From Candidatus Melainabacteria bacterium 17Bon1m (GTDB lineage: Bacteria; Cyanobacteriota; Vampirovibrionia; Obscuribacterales; Obscuribacteraceae): 64,000 nt of DNA. The translations under genes and the position numbers were made by a program. A model generated the notes under the pieces. The model did no database searches. It was given only the letters and a program-made list of their open reading frames with translations, and was not told where the DNA came from. The first letter of the stretch is position 1. Each line of letters starts with the position of its first letter. The stretch is taken from positions 760,974 through 824,973 of the forward strand of contig JAVLKG010000003.1 in NCBI GenBank assembly GCA_032128875.1, written 5' to 3'. Below are positions 57,877 through 64,000 of this stretch, one piece after another.

Positions 57877-59457
57877 ATGCGCAGTACAGACTCCCCTGAT
57901 CTAAAGCAAAGTGACGATGCTCAATCGACGGCAGCGACCGCCGACGGTGAAGCATCCAATCTGCTGCCTTCTCTGGAAGAACGCAGCCAGCACGCACGCC
58001 TTCAGAAGGAGAGTGTCGCCGGTGTTGCATCGGAAAGACAAACCGTCGACGGCGGCGCTCAAGTCGTCGAGGTACGGTCCGAAGTCGGCAATGCAGCAAC
58101 TGCGGTCGCGGAGTCATTGGCAAAGGCCGAAGATCAAGGAAGCCGAGGCGGAACAAAGAATGTTGCGAAAGACGGTGCGAAAGACGGTGTCAAAGATGGC
58201 ACTGCGTCTTGCCCTGTTTCCACCGAGTACAACACCTTGATTGATAAAGCCTGGCGCAATATTTACGATCCCACGCCCTTGGGCGATTTGGCGTCACTGA
58301 AGAACAAATACAACTGTCAAATCAAGACGCCTGAAGACGCATTTCGCTTCGTCAATCAAGAATTAGGCAAGACGGACGATCATTTTTCTCGCGTCCTGAA
58401 TCCCGCTCAAGTAAGGCAATTCGACAATCTTCTCAAAGGCTCGAGCAAGGGAATCGGTATTGAGGTTGTGCCGGTTGACCCCGAAAAAGCAAAAGAGTTC
58501 GGTTCGCTCAAAGTCATTGAAGTAATTCCTGGAAGCTCGGCAGCTCAAAAAGGTATGCAGCGGGGCGATTATATTAGTGCCGTTGATGGCGTCGATTTGA
58601 AAACCAAAACTCCGCAAGAAGCGTTTGCGCTCATCCAGTCTCAAAAAACGCACCAAATTACGGTCTTGCGTAATGGGGAGAAACTAGAGCTAAGTCTGCC
58701 GCAAACTACTGTCGATGTGCCTGCGGTGGTAGACAGAGTGATTCCTGGAACAAATATCGCTTACATCCGCGTGCGTGATTTCATGCAGGATGACGAATCT
58801 TACGAACTTCAAAATGCAATAAAGCGCCATCCTTATGTAGACGGATTTGTTTTCGATGTGCGCGGAAATTTGGGCGGCTCCGTTCTCCAGGCGCTGCAAT
58901 CTGCCTCTATGGTTGTCGGTGAGGGGACCTTGCTGACGCAAAAGATGCGCCACGAAGATGACAGCCCCGCAGGACCAGCCACATACGACAATACTGATTA
59001 CACGCTCGACAAGTATGAGCTTGTGACTCGGACCATCATGCCCGACGGAAAAGTGAGCGAAATTCGCGATCTTCGACTGCCGGACATCGTTGATAAGCCT
59101 ACCGTTGTCTTAGTCAATAACGATACGGCGTCTGCCGCTGAAATTTTTGCTGCTGCACTGCAACAAACCAACGAGGCAACTTTAGTAGGGACGCAAACCT
59201 ACGGCAAAGGCATTGGTCAGACAGTTTTCTATAAACAGCCTGCAGGCAGTCGTTTGCAAGTCACTAATTTCCGTTTCTATACGCCTAATGGAGATTGGAT
59301 AGGCGACGCCAATAAAAATCGCATTGGCGTGAAGCCCAATCAGGTTGTGGAAAACGGCAAGTTCGCCGAACCGGAAACTTCAACAGATCTGCAATTTCAA
59401 GCAGCTATCGCGACTATAAACAAGCAGCTGGGCCGCCGGAGCGAGCCAAGGCGCTAG
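57877..59457 (+). CDS. ctpA: C-terminal processing protease (S41A, PDZ) with a long N-terminal extension
   Basis: GIGI, PGSSAA..G...GD, DVRGNLGG, TASAAEI, TYGKG, FYTPNG, GVKP. Confidence 0.88.
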   Translation: MRSTDSPDLKQSDDAQSTAATADGEASNLLPSLEERSQHARLQKESVAGVASERQTVDGGAQVVEVRSEVGNAATAVAESLAKAEDQGSRGGTKNVAKDGAKDGVKDGTASCPVSTEYNTLIDKAWRNIYDPTPLGDLASLKNKYNCQIKTPEDAFRFVNQELGKTDDHFSRVLNPAQVRQFDNLLKGSSKGIGIEVVPVDPEKAKEFGSLKVIEVIPGSSAAQKGMQRGDYISAVDGVDLKTKTPQEAFALIQSQKTHQITVLRNGEKLELSLPQTTVDVPAVVDRVIPGTNIAYIRVRDFMQDDESYELQNAIKRHPYVDGFVFDVRGNLGGSVLQALQSASMVVGEGTLLTQKMRHEDDSPAGPATYDNTDYTLDKYELVTRTIMPDGKVSEIRDLRLPDIVDKPTVVLVNNDTASAAEIFAAALQQTNEATLVGTQTYGKGIGQTVFYKQPAGSRLQVTNFRFYTPNGDWIGDANKNRIGVKPNQVVENGKFAEPETSTDLQFQAAIATINKQLGRRSEPRR

Positions 59458-59495
59458 GTTTAAGTTCCTTCATTGCCGAACTGATTGCGAAGGTC

Positions 59496-60938
59496 TTAGA
59501 TGCCTTTGAATTCGAAGTTGCGTGTTTGCTTCTTCGGATTGATAGTCGAGAGTTTGACGAAATTAGCAGCTCCGCGCGCAGCGATCGGTAGACCGCCGGT
59601 GATGATTATATTGTCTTTCGGAGAGACCAAGCCCCGCTTCAACAGCGTTTCTTCGACAAGCGCCAATGTGGATTCGGAATCGCTGACTTCTGTAAGCATC
59701 AGAGGCGTGGTGCCCCAGAGAAGTGACAGTTGCCTGTAAACGTATTCATGCTGGGTAAGAGCGATGATTGAAACTGGTGGGCGGAATTGTGACACTAATC
59801 GAGCAGTGGAGCCGGTCTTTGTGAATGTTGCAACTACTCTTGCGTCCATGTCCAGAGCCATGGCAACAGCTGCGTGTGCCACCGCTTGTGATGCGGTATG
59901 TAGTGGGTGTTCTACAATTCTGGAACTCATTGTTGCTTCGGCCTGATAGGCGATTCTGTCCATCATCCGCACTGCTTCAAGTGGATAGCTGCCCATCGCC
60001 GTCTCTTCCGAAAGCATGACAGCGTCCGTGCCATCGAAAATCGCATTGGCTACGTCAGAGGCTTCCGCTCTGGTTGGGCGAGGATTGTTAGCCATCGAAT
60101 CAAGCATTTGCGTTGCTGTGATTACAGGCTTCGCCTTTTGATTGGCGCGTTTGATGATCATCTTTTGGATGGGTGGAACTTTCTCGGGTGGGAGTTCTAC
60201 ACCCAAGTCGCCGCGTGCCACCATGACACCATCTGCGGCATCAAGGATGGCTTCAAGCTGATCGATTGCTTCCGGTTTTTCCAGTTTGGCAATGATCATC
60301 GGAGGCGGCCAATGGTCGCCGATTGCTTCTCTCAAGTCGACAATATCTTTGGCATCGCGAACGAATGAGAGCGCGACGAAATCGACTTCATTCTTCAAGC
60401 CGACAACTAAATCGGTCCTGTCTTTTTCGGTAAGTGCAGGAATGGAAAGGCGCACGCCAGGAATGTTGATGCCTTGATGATCTTTCAAGTGTGCTGCGGT
60501 GAGAACTTCGCACTCAGCATCAGTTTCGGTGGATTTTTTGACGCGCAGTTCGATGATGCCATCGTCCAAAAGGATCGTATCGCCTGCTTTCACTTCTTTT
60601 GAGAGGCGAGGATAGTTGGCGGTGACAATTTCGCTCGAGCCTTCAACTTTGCGGCTCGTGAGTGTGAATTTTTGCCCCACCTTCAGTTGGACACCTTTGC
60701 CGCCGGCAATTCTGCCGGTTCTTATCTTTGGTCCGGATAAGTCGAGAAGAATTCCTACTGAGGTATCGAGCTGTTTGGCGATGGCCCTTAGATCGTGGAT
60801 CACGCCTTCGATGTCTTCATGCGATGCATGGGAGCAGTTGATGCGTGCAACATCCATGCCCGATCGGATCAATTCTTCCAACATCTCCTTGGAGCGGCAT
60901 GCCGGACCAATTGTCGCGATAATTTTTGTTCGAGTCAT
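59496..60938 (-). CDS. pyk: Pyruvate kinase
   Basis: RTKIIATIGPA, GPKIRTG, MVARGDLG, ATQML.SM, PTRAEASDVANA. Confidence 0.97.
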   Translation of the reverse strand: MTRTKIIATIGPACRSKEMLEELIRSGMDVARINCSHASHEDIEGVIHDLRAIAKQLDTSVGILLDLSGPKIRTGRIAGGKGVQLKVGQKFTLTSRKVEGSSEIVTANYPRLSKEVKAGDTILLDDGIIELRVKKSTETDAECEVLTAAHLKDHQGINIPGVRLSIPALTEKDRTDLVVGLKNEVDFVALSFVRDAKDIVDLREAIGDHWPPPMIIAKLEKPEAIDQLEAILDAADGVMVARGDLGVELPPEKVPPIQKMIIKRANQKAKPVITATQMLDSMANNPRPTRAEASDVANAIFDGTDAVMLSEETAMGSYPLEAVRMMDRIAYQAEATMSSRIVEHPLHTASQAVAHAAVAMALDMDARVVATFTKTGSTARLVSQFRPPVSIIALTQHEYVYRQLSLLWGTTPLMLTEVSDSESTLALVEETLLKRGLVSPKDNIIITGGLPIAARGAANFVKLSTINPKKQTRNFEFKGI

Positions 60939-61029
60939 CGAATTGGTTTCTCTCTTTTCCTGGCAACAGGTAGTCGTTTCTCTAAAGCGCTTGCGGACGA
61001 TAACTTGGTCCGATGTCTTAATGCACTTG

Positions 61030-62682
61030 CTATGCCGGTGTCGACACTTGCTGCGACAAGAACCAGCTGGGAGAAACATCTGGGAACAGATTGTCGATCG
61101 ACTCGATTTCGGAGAGGCGATTGTTGTCGAAGTTGTTTTCTCTGAGCATTTTGGCTAAATCTTTGAAGCGCTCGTAGTGCCCTTCAAAGCGTTCTTTAGC
61201 ATAGACTTTGGCTTGACCTGTCGTGACAAGGAACGGCCAGTCACTGGATTGAATGAGCAGATTCTCGCGGCAGAGTTGTTTGATTGCGCGGCGAGCCGAA
61301 TCGTCGGAGGTGTTCTCAAACATCTGGCACAACGTCTCTGTTGTGTGCTCGCATTCCGAAATGATGGGCCACATCCATTCAGTTTCGTTATTCAACCAAA
61401 CTTGCCAGTGTCCGCCAGAACCCCAAGATGATTCTGGTAATTCTATTGCCTTGGTCGGTTGTTGAGCTTCCAAATATTCTGAAGCTGTGCGCATGGTGAC
61501 TGCTGTGTACTGGCGAAGTTTCTTGATCACTTCTTTGATCCAGGTAACGCCTTCAAACCACCAGTGTCCGAATAGTTCGGTGTCAAAACTGGCCATTACC
61601 AAACCAGGCTCACCGGTTCTCTTCAAGTGATCCGTCAGGCACTGTTGCAAGAAGCCGACATAGTGATCGGAATTTTCATTCAATCTGGTCATCGCAGCTT
61701 CCGGGTTGTAGAGCTGCTTTGCGCCGAGATCTGTAGACTTAGAAGTGAGCTTCCAGTAATGCAAGCCGGAGTTGTCGTCTTTCTTATGGAACTCACGATA
61801 ATTGCCGTCGCCCGGATAACCTTGATCGGCGGACCAGACAAGATAGCCGGCTTCTTCGTGTCTGCCCATGACGGCGACCGGATATTCCTTAAGCCAGAAA
61901 GCTTCGAATGTGTCTAGACCTGTTTCTGGTCTTGGCGCCGCCGGAATGTATTCGATTGATCCGTAAGGTCCGATTACTCTGCGCATCTCAGCGCTCTGTC
62001 CGCCCTTGATTACAAAAGACTCGGTGAAAAAGTACTGGAGACCCAGCTCATGGAGCCACTTTTCCAGTGGTGGGCGTTTTCCTGATGCTGGTCTGTAGGC
62101 GCATTCTGGCAGCCAGAAGCCTTTCGGGTCGCGACCAAAGTGGCGTTTATAAGTTTCGACGCCGGTCTTGTACTGCGCAAAAATTGCCGAGTCAGTTTCC
62201 AGCAAGGGAGAGAAACAGTGAGTGGCGGCCGAGGTTGCCACCTCGATGCAGCCGGCATCTTGAAAGCGCTTGAAAGCTCCGATCAGATCTCTTTGCCAGC
62301 GCTCGCGCCAATCTCTTTGGATGTGGTTGAAGAGGTTGACGTAAAATCGCGCCAACAGCAGTTTGTTTGGATTCGAATTTTCGCCGCGGACGCTGTAAAG
62401 TTTTTCGTCCTTTTGTGCAGCTTCGATTTTGTCGGCTATGAATTTGTCGAAGCCGGCTTTGAAGTGTTCGTCTGAAAGCTGTTCTGCCAGAACAGGCGTG
62501 ATTCCAATTGTCAGTTTGGCTTGTATGCCTTCGTCAGCAAGGTCGCCAATCGCGTTGAGCAGCGGAATGTAGCTCTCCGCGATGCACTCGTACACACTTT
62601 CTTCACCGAAGGGCCACATTCCTGCTTTCCTGTAATACGGAAGATGGCTATGCAACATGAAGACAAATGAACCGACACTCAC
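61030..62682 (-). CDS. GH57 1,4-alpha-glucan branching enzyme (DUF1957)
   Basis: LHSHLPY, GFWLPECAY, DTELFGHWWFEG, QSSDWPF; GTG 62682 with an AGAGG RBS. Confidence 0.93.
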   Translation of the reverse strand: MSVGSFVFMLHSHLPYYRKAGMWPFGEESVYECIAESYIPLLNAIGDLADEGIQAKLTIGITPVLAEQLSDEHFKAGFDKFIADKIEAAQKDEKLYSVRGENSNPNKLLLARFYVNLFNHIQRDWRERWQRDLIGAFKRFQDAGCIEVATSAATHCFSPLLETDSAIFAQYKTGVETYKRHFGRDPKGFWLPECAYRPASGKRPPLEKWLHELGLQYFFTESFVIKGGQSAEMRRVIGPYGSIEYIPAAPRPETGLDTFEAFWLKEYPVAVMGRHEEAGYLVWSADQGYPGDGNYREFHKKDDNSGLHYWKLTSKSTDLGAKQLYNPEAAMTRLNENSDHYVGFLQQCLTDHLKRTGEPGLVMASFDTELFGHWWFEGVTWIKEVIKKLRQYTAVTMRTASEYLEAQQPTKAIELPESSWGSGGHWQVWLNNETEWMWPIISECEHTTETLCQMFENTSDDSARRAIKQLCRENLLIQSSDWPFLVTTGQAKVYAKERFEGHYERFKDLAKMLRENNFDNNRLSEIESIDNLFPDVSPSWFLSQQVSTPA

Positions 62683-62760
62683 GCGAATATACCTCTTAAG
62701 TCCTTTAGTTCTGAGACTCGCCATGGCGGGAGCCCGCCTCAGACATCCAATAGCAAACGA

Positions 62761-62805
62761 GTTGCAACACAGGGACAGGCAAGCTGTTGCAATATAGGAA
62801 CAGGC
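62761..62805. repeat. Two 20-bp direct repeats (25-bp period) in the GH57 promoter region
   Basis: gttgcaacacagggacaggc / gttgcaatataggaacaggc. Confidence 0.7.
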
Positions 62806-63010
62806 CGAAATATATCAATAAGAGAGTCAACGTGTCATCAAGAATCAGGTAATCCGTAACTATTCTTGAAAAGAAGAGGTATCCTTGTATTGAAGTGCTC
62901 AAGCGGGTGCGCTGTTGTTTCCGGTAGTTCACAACCGGCTAAAGAGCCGCTCCTCCGCAAGGTCATGCGGCGTTGAAAGAGACCTGTCAAAAGAGAATAG
63001 GGATATCTTG

Positions 63011-63328
63011 ATGTCAGAAGAAGAAAATCCGAGTCCGCCACCTACAGAAGACGCAACTCCTAAAGCGCCGCGCCGCGTTTTGGCCCCAAAGCCGAAGCCA
63101 GTGGCCGGCACCGAAAAGAAGGAAGACAATAAGGTCGTCAAGCTCCTGGAGAAAAATCCGCTGGGCATGACCCTTCCTGAAATGGCGGGTGGCACTCGGC
63201 AACTTAAAAAGATTCGCCAGCTCAGACCGCAGCTTGCTGAAGCGCTCAATACCGGGCTCGTTATGCCAATTTCTCAGCGCGCCGGGCACACTGTCTACAA
63301 GCTGGTCAAGCACATGGGACCTCGTTAG
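63011..63328 (+). CDS. Small basic hypothetical protein, possibly winged-helix-like
   Basis: ATG 63011; Pro-rich N-terminus, then VKLLEKNPLGMTLPEMA...GLV....TVYKL. Confidence 0.6.
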   Translation: MSEEENPSPPPTEDATPKAPRRVLAPKPKPVAGTEKKEDNKVVKLLEKNPLGMTLPEMAGGTRQLKKIRQLRPQLAEALNTGLVMPISQRAGHTVYKLVKHMGPR

Positions 63329-63666
63329 TCTCTATCAGTTCGCGCCAATTTCTCGGCAATGGCGGCTAGATGTTTCTGGTCTTTGTCTTGTTCTACGGCG
63401 CCAGTGGCTGTGCTTGCGACAAAAACAGTCTTCAATCGGCCACTTTTCCCTGACAAAATGTGCACATTAGCCAGTGGTACTGCGAAGCTAGCCGAGATGA
63501 ATTTGAGCAAGGCTGCATTTGCTGCGCCGTCAACCGCTTTAGCGGCAATTTTTACTCTGATTCGGTTGTCGTGAACACCTGCGAATTCGTCCTTCTTGGC
63601 TCCGGGAGAAACTTTGAGGTCCAGGGTTATACCCTTCTTACCTTCGCGCTGCGACAGTTTGAACAT
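63325..63666 (-). CDS. yggU: DUF167/UPF0235 protein
   Basis: LKVSPGAKK, RVKIAAKAVDGAANAAL, ILSGKSGRLK. Confidence 0.85.
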   Translation of the reverse strand: MFKLSQREGKKGITLDLKVSPGAKKDEFAGVHDNRIRVKIAAKAVDGAANAALLKFISASFAVPLANVHILSGKSGRLKTVFVASTATGAVEQDKDQKHLAAIAEKLARTDRD

Positions 63667-63862
63667 CCTTTTTCCCTTTTGTCCGGATCTGGCAAAGCCC
63701 TGGCCCGCCCTGTTTTGCTCCGAATGCAAACAGATTTTTGCCATGAAAAAATTACGCCTATCTTAAATCAAACTCCCGATTCAAACCCTTTCGGATAGAC
63801 TGCCTTCATTACCGCACTTGGTAGAATGAGCCGGTGCGTTCCAAATTTCAGGCGGATTGAGT

Positions 63863-64000
63863 GTGTCGGTAAAAATCGCAGATATCGAGCTGGGTGGCGG
63901 CAAAGACCTGGTAATAATTGCCGGACCTTGTGTCATCGAAAATTTTGAGACTATATACAACACGGCATCTTATCTGAAGGAGCTGTCGCAGAAGTTGGGC
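63863..64000 (+). CDS. kdsA: KDO8P synthase, 5' fragment
   Basis: Hand translation VSVKIADIELGGGKDLVIIAGPCVIENFE...LKELSQKLG; IAGPCVIE is typical of KdsA. Confidence 0.8.
   Translation, partial: MSVKIADIELGGGKDLVIIAGPCVIENFETIYNTASYLKELSQKLG

Overview
This is a 64 kb bacterial chromosome window of mostly core genes. The likely source is a non-photosynthetic cyanobacterial relative (Melainabacteria/Vampirovibrionia, Obscuribacterales-like). That assignment is an inference from cyanobacteria-style CinA, SLH, YceD, GH57 and SufR proteins, several TM-LRR Ser/Thr kinases, and the absence of photosynthesis genes. Housekeeping content: cinA, queA/queG, secDF, yceD-rpmF-plsX-fabH-fabD, a gatD-like gene, a hisN-like gene, rplY, tRNA-Gln(TTG), recN, mrp/apbC, a complete sufR><sufCBD-Rieske-sufSUT locus, ctpA, pyk, a GH57 branching enzyme, yggU and the 5' end of kdsA. 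I saw no transposase, prophage or CRISPR array. The most notable features are: (1) an intact kinase plus tandem pseudokinase pair with extracytoplasmic LRRs; (2) several catalytically dead or output-less signalling proteins, namely two degenerate GGDEFs, a stand-alone MshEN upstream of SDR+GT2, and a phytochrome lacking both the canonical Cys and an output domain; (3) an 18-bp palindrome CGAATCG-ATAA-CGATTCG recurring at five intergenic sites, two of them in the suf locus; (4) three tandem TonB-C-like secreted paralogs; (5) an SLH/coiled-coil protein with no porin barrel; (6) a hydrolase-TPR-thioredoxin fusion; and (7) several 20-25 bp tandem duplications, two of which copy a gene's stop codon. 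All calls come from reading motifs by eye; no database searches were run.
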